Shown here piece after piece: positions 50,926 to 64,000 of a DNA stretch of 64,000 bases. The DNA comes from Octopus vulgaris. Its lineage: Eukaryota. The stretch is taken from assembly GCA_951406725.2 (NCBI GenBank), contig OX597824.1, positions 22,568,001 through 22,632,000 on the forward strand, read 5' to 3'. A model generated the notes under the pieces. The model had not been told where the DNA came from and did no database searches. It saw nothing but the letters and a program-made list of their open reading frames with translations. The first letter of the stretch is position 1. The number at the start of each line of letters is the position of its first letter. Both the position numbers and the translations under genes were made by a program.

Positions 50926-53312
50926 CTTTATTGGGGACTGAACTCAGAACCTTCAAGTAATTTTCTTTCCCTTAACTGTGGTGTATACTGCTCAACCACA
51001 AAGATCACCAAAAGGACTTGCACTGTTGATCTATTTAAACCTGGGTCTTGCCTCCTCCTGCTCTCTGTTTAGCAGCTTGCCATATTCTATTTCAATTCTA
51101 GCAATTGCTTCTCTTTGCCCATAATCACACTGAGCTCTTCTCAGGTGTCTCTGACATGTATTTTATTGTGCTGGTGCCACGTAGAAAGCACCTGTGCTGG
51201 AGCCACAAAAAAAAAAAAAAAAAGCACCTGTGATGGTGCCACAAAAGAAGCACTGCAAAGTGATTGGCATTAGGGGAGGGCATCCAGCTGTAGACACCAT
51301 ACCAATACAGGCAATTGGAGTCTGATGCAGCTCTCCAGTCAAACCATCCAACCCATGCCAGCATAGAAAAAGGGACGTTAAGTGATGATGATGATGGTGA
51401 TGGTGTTCTTTTGTGACCTTTGATTATAGAAAAGGATCACCAGCCAGTCATAAGTTTAGGTTTTGTCATTAAAAGGGTTAAGAAAGTAACTGGTTGGGCT
51501 ATATATGCATATACACCCACCGGGTTTTCTAAAGCTAGCTACCTAACAAAGAGCCAATACGAGAGAAAGAGAGAGAAGGGGAGAGAAAGTGTGTATGTGT
51601 GTGTGTGTGTGTGTGTGTGCGTAACAAATAACGGAAATCGTTAAGCTAAATTTACGCCAGCAACACCTCAAACTGCTACTTTAGAAACTGGAAGTGTGCC
51701 TACCTGCATACCTGAGAAAAGAAAAACAGTTCGTTATAGGCAGGTAAAGAGAAGTAGTTAAAAGGTATTCCTTGTTTATATTTATTTATTTATTTTTGCT
51801 ACCATGTTTACAGATATTTTGTTCTGTTTTTATTTGTGTTTGTTTGCTCTTTCTTATTTATCCAGGTCAGTATTGATCAAGTAAACTTATAATTGAAGGC
51901 TTTCCAGCTGTGACCTCCTCTTTTAGTTATTGATTTATTATTATTATTATCATCATTATCATTATTATTATTATTATTATCATTATTATCACTATCATTA
52001 TTCATTATTATTATTATTGTTATTATTATTATTATTATTTTACGTTTCACTTATTTGACTGCGGCCATACTGGAGCACCACCTTAAAGAGCTTTTAAGTC
52101 GGAAAAATCAACCCCAACTTATTCTTAGTATGCCTAGTACTTACTCTATTGGTCACTTTTGCTGAACCGCTAAGTTACAGGGGTGTAAACACACCAACAT
52201 CGGTTGTCAAGCAATGGTGGGACACAACACAGACACTAAGACACAAACACACACACACACACAAACAAACATATAAATACGACGGGCTTCTTTCAGTTTC
52301 CGTCTACCAAATCCACTCACAAAGCTTTGGTCAGCCCGAGGCTATAGTAGAAGACACTTGCTCAAGGTGCCACACTGTGGGATTGAACCCAGAAGCATAT
52401 GATTGGGAAGCAAGTTTCTTACCACACAGCCATCATCATCATCATCCTTCTCATCAATCATCATCATCATCATCCTCCTCATCATCATCATCATCATCAT
52501 CCTCCTCATCAATCATCAATCATCATTATTATTATTATTAAGGTATAATGTATCTGCTGGGGTTACACAAAACGCATTTTCTCAATGTTTCCTACTGTTT
52601 CTCCTTATCCTTGTAAGACGTCAGGTTGTTATTTGAGAAAGATATATTAGCGTTATTTCTAGCACAGAGGTTTTTCTGAGAAGTTTTTCCATGTTAGTGA
52701 AACTAGAAGTGGGGACGGGACAGGGAGCAGAGAAATCTCGGAAGACTAATATGGATATACGCACATGTGTGCGCACACACACACACACACACACACACAA
52801 ATACCATAGCAACTACTGGTAAAGTACAAGTGAACCTTACTAATGTTGGTCAGAGAGGCTACCCTACTTTTACTGAGATGTAACTTCTTCCAAAAACACA
52901 TGCTCCACATGTATGTTTGTATGTGTGTGCATGTAGGTGGGTGTGTGTGTGTGTGTGTACACACGAAAGGTGTATGGTTGAGTGGTTAGAGTGTCGAGCT
53001 CACAATCATGAGGTAGTGAGTTCGATTCCTAGACTGAGCTTGAGCAAGACACTTTGTTTCACATTGCTCCAGTTCACTCAGCTGCAGTAATGAATTACAT
53101 CTCTGATGCAAAACTTTTGCCTTTCCCTTGGATAACATTGGTGACACGGAGAGGGGAGGCTGGCATGCATGGGTGGCTGCTGGTTTTCCATAAACAACCT
53201 TGTCTGGGTCTTGTACTTTGGAGGGGAACATTCTAGGTGCAATCCCATGGTCATTCATTATCGAAGTGGGGGTCTTTACCTTACCTACATACATTATATA
53301 TATATATATATC

Positions 53313-53592
53313 ACTTCACTTTGATCACTTTGACCGACCAGTCCGTCAGGCGTCCATTTGACACCGCTGGTCACAGCACGCTGTCCACTCCTCTCTGGAT
53401 CGTGCCTTTCTCATCCACGTGATCCCAATCGTCCTCTTGAAATCATCACTCCACCGTCGTGGAGGTCTTCCGGGTGGTCTTTTCCGCTCACATGGGTACC
53501 ACTCGACAACTGCGTGCGTCCACCAATTATTGGTGAGCCGGGCGACGTGTCCAGCCCATCTATACTTGCTATACAGCAAGTATAGATGGGCA
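53313..53592 (-). mobile_element. RTE LINE 3' fragment
   Basis: KYRWAGHVARL..WYP..KRPPGRPPRRWSDD..SREEW. Confidence 0.85.
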
Positions 53593-53593
53593 A

Positions 53594-53635
<42 letters not shown>

Positions 53636-53806
53636 TTTTTTATAATTATGAGTATAATCATAATTAGGGTTCAGCAAAAATAAATTTGCTTTGCCACATA
53701 CTGAACTTTTAGAAATAGCAGCCAAAGAACTTAAGAAGAATCTCCTAGACAACGTATATTCGAAAACAATTCACGTAAGCATAGAGGAAAAATAACAAAA
53801 ATTCAC

Positions 53807-53845
53807 TCGGCATTTCGCTGTACTTATCCATGGTCTCTTTTGCTG
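53807..53845 (-). CDS. Candidate 39-nt phase 1-1 exon of the IL-17R-like gene
   Basis: TTATTTCTAG acceptor and weak GTGAAT donor; would give AKETMDKYSEMPK-WQADIQ. No homology support. Confidence 0.25.
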
Positions 53846-54288
53846 CTAGAAATAAGTACACACACATACATGTATCGTCATCATATACGTGTATGCATGA
53901 GTGTGTGTGTGTGTGTGTGAGCATGTGGATATAAATATAATGTAAACACACACACACTCATTCACTTACACAAACACACAAATCACACCATCAAGATACA
54001 TTACCGATGGCAGTAGCTTATTACTTCCTCTATGGTTGTTGTAACTTTTATTTATTTACTAACGAACACTACCAGAAGACCTCAAAATGCTGATGCATAA
54101 TGCATAACGGTTGTTTTAGAAATGGTCTCTTGATGTCAAATAGGAGATGGCAGTTTAATCTCTCTTCAAAAAGGATGTCAGTCTATTTTTGATGAAATTT
54201 TTTTAGAATGCTCTAGCACTTATTGCCAATGACTGCAGAAATTATATTAATTGTACAGGCAAAAATACAAAGCATAGAAACAGCTCAT

Positions 54289-54338
<50 letters not shown>

Positions 54339-55015
54339 GCAGTCAAGTATGAGCTGTTTTGGCACAGCTGGTTTGATGTGGCCTATTTGGCATTACTGAG
54401 TTAACGCTGACTTATTTGACATCCCCGTTTTACTATTACACATTTCTCTCTCTCTCTCTCTGTTTAAGTGTGTGAGCATCTTTCTTAATTTTGGCACTGG
54501 AAACAAGTATATGCACATCATTATCATCATCATCATTTAACGTCCATCTTCCATGCTGGCATGGGTTGGAGAATTTTTTTGACAGGAGCTGGCAAGGTAG
54601 AGGACTGCACCAAGCTCCACTGCTTGTTTTGGCATGGTTTCTGTAGTAGGATGCCCTTAATGCCAACCACTTTACAGAGTGAACTGGGGGATTTTTATGT
54701 GGCATCAGCCCATAAAGATAGAAAGAGACAAAGAGATAAGGAAGAGAGAGAAAGAGAGGGAGAGAGTGAGGGAAAGTGGGGGAGAGTGAGAGAGAACAAG
54801 GCATTTGTAATTTATTAATTGAACATGACTGACATAAACACTTTCCCCTCTCCTCATACGCATAGAGAGAAATACACTCACACACATAAAGAGAGAGAGA
54901 GAGGAGGAGAGAGGGAGAGAGAGATTGAAACTTACTAACTGAACACAACTGGCATAAAGACTGCCACTTCTCGGACACATAAAGTGTGAGAGAAAGAAAA
55001 AGAGATGGAGAGAGA

Positions 55016-55061
<46 letters not shown>

Positions 55062-55610
55062 GAAGGAGAGGAAGAGGGAGAGAGAGATGGAGAAGAAGAG
55101 GGAGAGAGGAAGAGAGAGAGGAAGAGGGAGAGGAAGATGGGGAGGAAGATGGGGAGGAAGATGGGGAGGAAGAGGGAGAGGAAGATGGGAAGGAAGAGGG
55201 AGAGGAAGATGGAGAGAGGGGGAGGAAGAGGGAGAGAGAAATGGAGAGAGGGAGAATGAGAGAAAACTGTGAAGCGTCTAGTGTTAAAGAAGCCAACATT
55301 GGATCAGTGACTCTAAAAAGAGCTATGCCAAAATATCTCATACACATGAATTACACCTCTGCCACATCATGGCCAACCTGGGGTTAAACAACAACAACAA
55401 CAACAGCAGCAGCAGCAACTGTTAATTTCTCACTTATCACACAAAGAGCTTTTCAACTTTTACTCTAATACAATGTAAACATGGAAATCACAGAAGCTAT
55501 TTTCTTTGCTGCAACAACAACAGTCAGTGCGCTTTACTTATTGTGCTTATTTATATACACTCTCTGTTTTGTGATTGTGTAATTAATGAGATCATGCGCC
55601 AGTAAAGGTT

Positions 55611-55649
55611 TCACTTGGATGACCTCTCATGCAGAGGTCATCCAAGTGA
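55611..55649. repeat. Perfect 17-bp inverted repeat with 5-nt loop
   Basis: TCACTTGGATGACCTCT-CATGC-AGAGGTCATCCAAGTGA. Confidence 0.95.
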
Positions 55650-55834
55650 GTTATGAGCCAACTTAATGAAACGAACTTTTATGTGGTTACCTGGTCTGAT
55701 AGAAATCTCTCGCATAAAAATGAAGAAGAAATACATTTTGCATAATATGAGTTTGTGACTAAATCCACAGTTACTCTCATCTTCTTTCTGTAATGTAGGT
55801 AGCCAGGCAGCTCTTCCATAGCAAGAAATATGTT

Positions 55835-56098
55835 CTGTTCTGGCCCCTTCTCTGTGACTTAAACCTTCTGTTCTGGCCCCATCTCTGAGACTTAAACCTT
55901 CTGTTCTGGCCCCTTCTCCGAGACTTAAACCTTCTGTTCTGGCCCCTTCTCCAAGACTTAAACCTTCTGTTCTGGTCCCTACTCTGAGACTTAAACCTTC
56001 TGTTCTGGCCGCTTCTCTGAGACTTAAACCATCTGTTCTGGCCCCTTCTCTAAGACTTAAACCTTCTGTTCTGGCCCCTTCTCTGAGACTTAAACCTT
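55835..56098. repeat. 33-bp minisatellite, 8 copies
   Basis: Unit CTGTTCTGGCCCCTTCTCTGAGACTTAAACCTT at 55835, 55868, ... 56066. Confidence 0.97.
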
Positions 56099-56435
56099 AT
56101 ATCATCATCCCCTAGCAAGGAGCTTCCCCCTGCTTCTCTGCTGTAGCCCTCAGTCAAAGGGGATCCTAGTTACGCAAGCTGTATGGTAAACTCACTAGTA
56201 CTGGTAGCAAGGAGAAAAAGCATCTAGGACAAAGTGTAAAGTGGTTGGCATTAGGAAGGACATCGATCCATAGAAACCATGCCAAAGCAGACACTGCAGT
56301 ACAATGTGGTCTTTGGACTGATCTAGTCTTGTTCACAATCCAATGCATGCCAGCATGGGATATGGACAATAAAAGATGGTGAGGATGATGATGATGATGA
56401 CCTATTTAAATGCAAAGAGCAAAAGAATTTATTTA

Positions 56436-56688
56436 ATTCTGTTGTGTCCGGGGAGAGTCATTTTCTTTTTGTGCCTTATAATGTAACACACTCACCGGTA
56501 AAATTTCCACTTATTTCTTATTTTTATTTTCCTAAAATTTTCGTTGAGTCTTGCAACCTTTTCAATAGTTTTGACTGTCCGAAAATTTTAGAAAAATAAA
56601 AATAAGAAATAAGAGGAAATTTTACCAGTGAGTGTGTTAAACTATAAAGGCACAAAAAGAAAATGACTCTCCCCAGACACAACAGAAT
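56436..56688. repeat. Inverted repeat, ~105-bp arms (Penelope-like end)
   Basis: ATTCTGTTGTGTC..GAGAGTCATTTTCTTTTTGTGCC..AAAATTTTCG mirrored by CGAAAATTTT..GGCACAAAAAGAAAATGACTCTC..GACACAACAGAAT. Confidence 0.9.
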
Positions 56689-58109
56689 ATGCTTCAACAC
56701 ACGAACTCATATAAAGAATCTTGAAAACCAAATCCAAAAACGAAATATATTTAATTGTTTTTGTTTTAAATGATTTTATAGGTCTTGAAACATAAGCTTG
56801 CTGGATCAAAACTCACAAGAAAACAATGGCAGCGCTAATAATTACTGGTATGCAGCAAATTAAAAGAGTAAACATATATAAGTAAGTATATATAATATAA
56901 AAAAAAAACTGTAAATGTCTGCATACACATACTTCATCACCAAATTTGAAGAATTCACTAGAAAAATGTCTGCGAGATAGCTTGCTCATTTGGCATTTAT
57001 CATGAAACTGTTTTAAGGTGGCACCATACCAACAAAACCATGTATTTGTTGCTTAGCTCCAAGACAACCCAGATAGTGCAAACACACGATTAAAGCATCC
57101 TGTGACCATCTCATAATTTTTTTTTTTTTGGGGGGTTTTCTAAGCATTATATATCACGGACAACATTATTCAATGTGACCTTTGTTTCGTTATTCTTTTA
57201 CCGTTTAGTTTTAACTCTTCTTGCTGTGAAATTAAATTTCATGGTTATTCCAGGAATTATGTTATTTATCAACAGAAAACAATAGAATTAGTATTTTCTG
57301 CACATCACGTTGCCTCAAAAAAAAAAACCAAGTTTCAAACTTGGTGTTCCTCAAACAAAAGACAGATTGGTCTAGAAAACTGCTTCCTGCAGTTACGGGT
57401 TAATTTTACTTGTTTCAGTCATTTGACTGTAGCCATGCTGGAGCACCACCTTGAAGGGTTTTAGTTGAACAAATCAACTTACCAGGACTTAAATATATAT
57501 TTTTTAAGCCTAGTACTTATTCTATTAGTCTTTTTTGCTGAACCACTAAGTTAGTTACAAATTAGTTACTAAGTTAGTTACAAGGATGTAAACACACCAA
57601 CACCGGTTGTCAAGCAGTAATGGGGGACAAACACAGACACAAAGGCATACATACACACACACACACATGCACGCACGCACACAATGGGTTTTTTTCAATT
57701 TCCGTCTACCAAAATCCACCCACAAGGCTTTGGTCGGCCCGAGGCTATAGTAGAAGACACTTCGTCAAGGTACCACATAGTGGGACTGAACCCGGAACCC
57801 TGCGATCAGGAAGCAAGCTTCTTACCACACAGTTGCACCTGTGCCTATATCTAATCTTTGCAGTAAACAAGTTAAAACAATAGGGTGAGGTTTGAAACAG
57901 AATTGGTGGAACAGCAGATGAAATCTAGAACGGAAAAGTTGCTATTTAACCCCAGGTCAAACCTACTCAAGCAGACCTCTTACGACCAAAGGCACTCTAA
58001 CTGTGACCATCTCATCTGGGTTTTTTTTCTATTTTTACAGGGTAGTCTTTGACTAGCAATGTCTCGATCGTTAAGTTTATATAACTTTGCCAGCCACAAT
58101 CAATGCTAT

Positions 58110-58666
58110 GACTTCTACTACCACCACTACTTTACAACCTACATCACCATCTCTAGTACCACTGTTACTCCTCCTACTACCAGTAACACTACTTAATACA
58201 ACTACCAACAACTACAACTACCGTTATGACCATAAAATCATTACACACAATCCTCACCACCATCACCACTGACACAACAATTATCATACAAACATCATCA
58301 CCATGATAAAACTACAGCTGCTACCACAACACAAATACTACGACTATGACACAACCACAACAATTACAGTTATCACCACACAGAGATTGCCACCACCACT
58401 ACCACCACCAATACTACTACCAATACGATTACACTATGATAATCACCACCACCACCACAACCATCCCCCTCAACACACCACCCTCACAATACCAACATCA
58501 CCACCCTCGTCACCATACAACAACCCCCACTTCACCACACTACTCTCACCACCACCACCACCACCCCATTCTCACCATGTCATCCCTCCTATGGCCACCC
58601 CTCTCCACGAGCCATCCATCAACACAGAATACATCAGACTGTTTTTGTTGCAGTAGTAGCAGCAGC

Positions 58667-58698
<32 letters not shown>

Positions 58699-59280
58699 AA
58701 GTAGCAATGATGGTGGTAAGTAATAGTAGTAGTAGTAGTAGTAGTAGTAGTAGAAGTAGTAGTAGAGGTGGTTGTAGTGGTGGTAGTAGCATTGGCTGCG
58801 TTGATGGCAGTAGTAGTAGTGGTGGTGGTGGTGGTGGTAATGGTGGTGACGAAGTAGTAGTAGTAGTACATCTCATCTTCATCACACAGTGACGATGATA
58901 TGAAAAGATTCCATCTAAGAGACGACGCACAGACACCGTTAATAAACGGCAGTTAACAACAACAACAACAAACAGACAGAAAAACAGGAAACATTGATCA
59001 AGCAGAATCAATAAATTATATCAGCCATTGCCTTCTAAAATTGTTGCCGTTACATCTTTCATTACTTGCCACCACCACCACCACCACCACCACCATTATC
59101 ACCATCACCATCATCAACAACATTATCATTACCATTGCCACCACTGACTATCAATATATAACCACCACCACCATCATCAACACTATCACTAACACCACCA
59201 CCACTACTACCACTGCCACCAATACCATTACTACAGGTCCCAACATTATCACCATTATGAATACCATCACCACCAAAACC
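58110..59280. repeat. Degenerate trinucleotide tracts (CAC/TAC/GTA)
   Basis: Direct inspection; similar tracts at 44800-45015 and 60970-61330. Confidence 0.9.
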
Positions 59281-59318
59281 ACAGGTTATTGGTATGTGTG
59301 TGTGTGTGTGTATGTATG

Positions 59319-59351
<33 letters not shown>

Positions 59352-59498
59352 TTCTCTCCTTGTTTTTTCTGTGTCCCTTTCTGTAGAAGAGCGTAGGCTC
59401 GAAACGTAAAAGACTTTTCTATTCCTGAGCATTATACTAATACATCTGTTTGTTTTGTACACCACCTGTATTCGTCTTTTGTTTTCTTCATAAACTCT

Positions 59499-59537
<39 letters not shown>

Positions 59538-59749
59538 CATACATGTATTACAAATATGTATGTGTGTGTGTATGTATGTATGTATGTACAGATTTTATAT
59601 ATTATGGAAAAGGAGGTAGAATTTTGGATAACTATTTATTTAGTACTTTAGTCGCGTTCCAGGGGATTTATCAGAAATTATGTATATATATACATATATA
59701 TATATACTTTATTTAAAAGCAGCAAAAATTCAACAAAACCTGTTACTCG

Positions 59750-59813
59750 GAGTTTCATGTTCCCATTCGTCCTGTTCCCGTTCACGAACGGGACGAATGG
59801 GAACGTGAAACTC
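59750..59813. repeat. Short palindrome of a Penelope-like end
   Basis: GAGTTTCATGTTCCCATTCGTCC mirrored by GGACGAATGGGAACGTGAAACTC; each arm resembles an eroded minimal hammerhead. Confidence 0.7.
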
Positions 59814-59873
59814 TACCCCTGGTATTTGAGTACTCTTTTTCCACCTTGTTTCACATTTATGTGTTTACTCCGG

Positions 59874-59905
<32 letters not shown>

Positions 59906-62900
59906 TTCACAAAACCATACTGTTCTTTCATTTCAGTCATTGCAAAAAATCAACGAACATGTGAGAAGCACTGCAAAGTAAAGACACACCATGTGGCAGT
60001 GTGACTTAACTGAAAGTGACCAGTCGGCAGACTGATGCCTGATGGTCGCATCAAGTGGCAGAAGCCTTAACTACAACATGCTTGTCCTACAGAAAACATT
60101 TCCAGTTACTTTTGGGTTCTTCTTCGTATTCATGGAAAAACAGACATCAAAACTATGACAATGATGATCATGATAAGTCTAGACAAGTGTACCTCAACCT
60201 TTTAAATATCCAGGACAGCAGGAGTGGCTGTGAGGTATGTAGCTAGCTTACCAACCACATGGTTCCGGGTTCAGTCCCACTGCGTGGCACCTTGGGCAAG
60301 CGTCTTCTGCTACAGCCTCAGGCCAACCAAAGCCTTGTGAGTGGATTTGGTAGACGGAAACTGAAAGGAGCCCATCATATATGTGTGTGTGTGTGTGTTT
60401 GTGTCTGTCCCCCCAACATCGCTTGACAACCGATGCTGGTGTGTTTATGTCCCCATCAGTTAGCGATTAGGCAGGAGAGACCGATAGAATAAGTACAAGA
60501 CTAGGCTTACAAAGAATAAGTCCTGGGGTCAATTTGCTCGACTAAAGGCAGTGACTAAATGACTGAAACAAATAAAAGAATAAAAGAAAGAAAGAAAGAA
60601 TAAATCCAAAGCCTAGAGTTTTTTTAGGGAGCCACACCTAGAAAAGTAAAACACAATTGAAGAAAAGAAAGGGAGCAAGGGCCTCTAAAAGGATGTCTGA
60701 GGGCCACATTCGGCCCTGACGGCCACAACTGAAAACTGCTGGTCTATAGTCATTGGAACTGAGTGATGGTCTCTATTAGCCATTTATTTGAGTTAACCAG
60801 CCCTGCAGCTTGAGTCTAATTCATACAGAGATCAGTGGCCAACAGGCAGGGAAAGCAGGACGGAATTGTGTACTGGACAACAATGAAGACAACAGCAAAG
60901 ATCATGGTTTTAATTGCTATTTCCCCCCACACCAAGCTATCACAGATATTTCTAGAACAAGCCATGATTATACACCACCAACACCACCACCACCACAACT
61001 ACAAATTACAACCAATCCACTACTCCACCGTTACTACTACTACTACTACTGCTGCTGCTGCTAAAACTACTACTGCTACTACACCTACTACTACAACTGC
61101 TACTACTACTACTACAACTACCACCACTACCACCACTACCACAACACATTGACATCAGTAATACAATGGACTCTAGCACTCCTACTACCATTTGAACTAT
61201 CACCAACACTTTCACCTCCACAATCACTATTCCACCCCCTAAAAGAACTCGCCACCATCGCTGTTGCTACTACTACTACTACTACTGTCACCACCGCTAC
61301 TACCACCGACACCCCCCCACACCACCACAGATTATGTCTGTGTCAACCTTTCTAATTTAATTATGTAATGAATTGACAATGGAAGAAAGAAAAGGAAAAG
61401 AAAAAACAACAAAAAGAACTTCATTGTTTGTCCTCTTTTACCTCCCTACTCACCCCTCTCCGCTTCCTTACATCATCCCTACACCCTTACAACCACCCTC
61501 ATTTCACCCATTACCACAATCAAGGAAGGAGCCACTACAAGCTGAACCAGCTCACTAAAAATAGCAGTCAAATTACATTCAAATCATACTACCGTCTTTA
61601 AAAAAAAGCAAAGGCATGGCTGGCCTTTTTCCACCATTGATCAATGTTACGTTGTCATGGAGACAGTAACTTAACCACCTCAGATGTTCTTGGGCTGTTT
61701 CCAGAAACAAGTGCCCACCCCCAAGTATGCTTACCATCATTTTACTGATGGATCAGAGTGGAATAAAGTGCCAATGGCATGGATTGGTTTTACTGTTAAG
61801 TATTCAAACCAGCCATATCCGACTTAAATATTCAACAAGTTTTATGTTAAAACTGGCCAGATCTGGTCTCTCACTCCAATCATACAATGTCTTTCTAAAA
61901 CTAAGCATTTGCATCACAAAAATGTCTTAGCTACAAGATAATGTATGATTATTTTTTTTTTTTAAATGTGTGTAGGCGTAGGAGTGGCTGTGTGGTAAGT
62001 AGCTTGCTTACCAACCACATGGTTCCGGGTTCAGTCCCACAGTGTGGCACCTTGGGCAAGTGTTTTCTACTATAGTGTCGGGCCGACCAAAGCCTTGTGA
62101 GTGGATTTGGTAGATGGAAACTGAAAGAAGCCCATTGTATATATGTATGTATATATATGTATGTGTGTGTGTATACATTTGTGTGTCTGTGTTTGTCCCC
62201 CCAATATCACTTGACAACCGATGCTGGTGTGTTTACGTCCCCATAACTTAGCGATTTGGTAAAAGAGACCGATAGAATAAGTACTAGGCTTACAAAGAAT
62301 AAGTCCTGGGGACGATTTGCTTGAGTAAAGGTGGTGCTCCAGCATGGCTACAGTCAAATGACTGAAACAAGTAAAAGAGTAAATAAGCTTTACATTTGAC
62401 AAAATAATGTGAATACTAAAGGGTTAAGGTGGACCTTGACTCTCCAGTAAGTGACCCACACTCTTGGTTTCCTGACTTTCCTCTGTGGCACATGTAGAAT
62501 GAGACATGCAGGATCCAGTATCGAAATTGCAAGGGGTGGCACCTTCTCTAACATGTCATGCGTAGCCCTCTTCATCTGCTGGTTTAGGCATTGGATCCGT
62601 TGTAATCATTGGCTTGTTCCACTGTTGAGATCTCCGGGGATTGGTCATGCTCAGTCTGGGTCCTCATCCTCAACCTGGCTGCCAAGGGTGGCCCTACTAG
62701 GATCCTCTCTCTGATGGTCACTCCTTGTTGTAGTGGAGGGGCTTGTGTGAACCAACGACTGACAGCAATGTCATCAGGAGTTTTAAACTCATGGATACAG
62801 CAAGACAAGTCAGATAATTAGCTAAGTATAACTGTGTATATCTGCCTTAGGGCTCCCCCCCTCTAGATTTTCTGTAGGGGTTTAACCCCTTAGCTCTTTT

Positions 62901-64000
62901 TAACTGCTCGATAACTTACCCCACAAAACAGCAGGGATTTATCATTATAGTGGGCATGGTTTGTGCAGAGTCAGTCCTACTTTCTCATCTTTCAAACTTG
63001 TATTAGTCTGGAGCAACAAGTACTGTGATCCCAGTAATTATCAAGATGCAGGATTTGTATGGAGTTACCTTCTCTTAGATGAACAGCTAAAGAGCTGAAG
63101 GGCTTCATCTACCCAGGGTTCATTGGTGCATCTGTGACTCACCTTCTTCCAGAAACAATTCTGTGACATGCTAATTAGACCTGTAGCTAGGACCCTGACA
63201 GGTACTAATACTGTTCTATGCTTAAGTGATGAGGAATTATATACATTATTTACATTTGATGGATATTTGTCCTCATCTTCTTGATAATCAAGGAGGATGC
63301 AGTCTGGGGAGTTAGGTGGTCAGATGTTAGGGGTGAAGTGCTTGCAGAACTTGTCTGACAGCCATGACTAGGTTCTCCTACTTGTGTGGCATGGAGCAGA
63401 GTCCTGTTGCCAGATATAGGGTTTCCCAGGAGCCACCTTCTTAATCCAGGGAAGCACCACCTTCTGCATGCACTTGCTGTAGGCCTCTTGTTGAATCTGA
63501 GACCATGAGGGAAGATGAATGGAGGCATAATGTCGCCATCACTAGTGATCACTCCAAACACCATGATGCTGACTGGATGTTTGATTTTTATCAATCTTGG
63601 CACTTGTCCTCAGATTGACACCCAAACACACTGAAATGTTTGTATTGGAGCTTCTGGCGCAAATGTCAAGCAGTACAGCATGTCATTTCCAAATTTCTGC
63701 CAGAGAGAACTGCGTCATGGTGTTGCTTTTCGCACAGACAGTGCTCAACTGACCCTACTATACTGTGTAGTCAACAAAATCAAAAACAAACAATGCGCAT
63801 GCACGAAATTAAAAAAATAAAATGGCGGCAATTTACCCATCACACCCTGTATCATCATCATCATCATTTAACGTCCGCTTTCCATGCTAGCATGGGTTGG
63901 ACGGTTCAACTGGGGTCTGGGGAGCCCGAAAGCTGCACCAGGCCAGTCAGATCTGGCAGTGTTTCTACAGCTGGATGCCCTTCCTAACGCCAACCACTCC

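Noticed and set aside
54436-55387. S/P/L-rich and E/R/G-rich ORFs
   Set aside because: Translations of the GA-rich tract and a repeat.
58634-59011. Signal-peptide-like ORF start as first exon of the receptor
   Set aside because: TTG start, hydrophobicity comes from a (GTT)n repeat, and no suitable donor.
59375-59420. TAGAAGAGCGTAGGCTCGAAACGTA as a hammerhead
   Set aside because: Core lacks CUGA and no clear stem I; at most an eroded remnant.

Overview
AT-rich, repeat-dense eukaryotic DNA. The SINE/LINE families look like Octopus (coleoid cephalopod), but this is recognised by eye, not by search. The one host gene I can support is a minus-strand IL-17-receptor-family (SEFIR) gene. Three ectodomain exons (34486-34338, 27067-27020, 13067-12953), a stalk/TM exon (10519-10141) and a terminal SEFIR exon (3594-2642) join with matching intron phases; its 5' exons were not located. 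The stalk/TM exon carries a frameshift at an imperfect 15/13-nt tandem duplication just upstream of the TM helix. The remainder is intron or flank: Tc1/mariner, Helitron and MITE remnants, CR1, RTE and Dong/R4-type LINEs, an ORF1-only LINE, two decayed Penelope-like elements, SINEs and microsatellites. The most striking non-coding signal is a set of type I hammerhead ribozyme motifs in several unrelated repeat families. These include a tRNA-headed, hammerhead-bearing short element with a 12-bp TSD (12385-12790) and a tandem dimer with hammerheads 474 nt apart (retrozyme-like). Most long ORFs in the supplied track are microsatellite artefacts. All coordinates and folds were read by eye.
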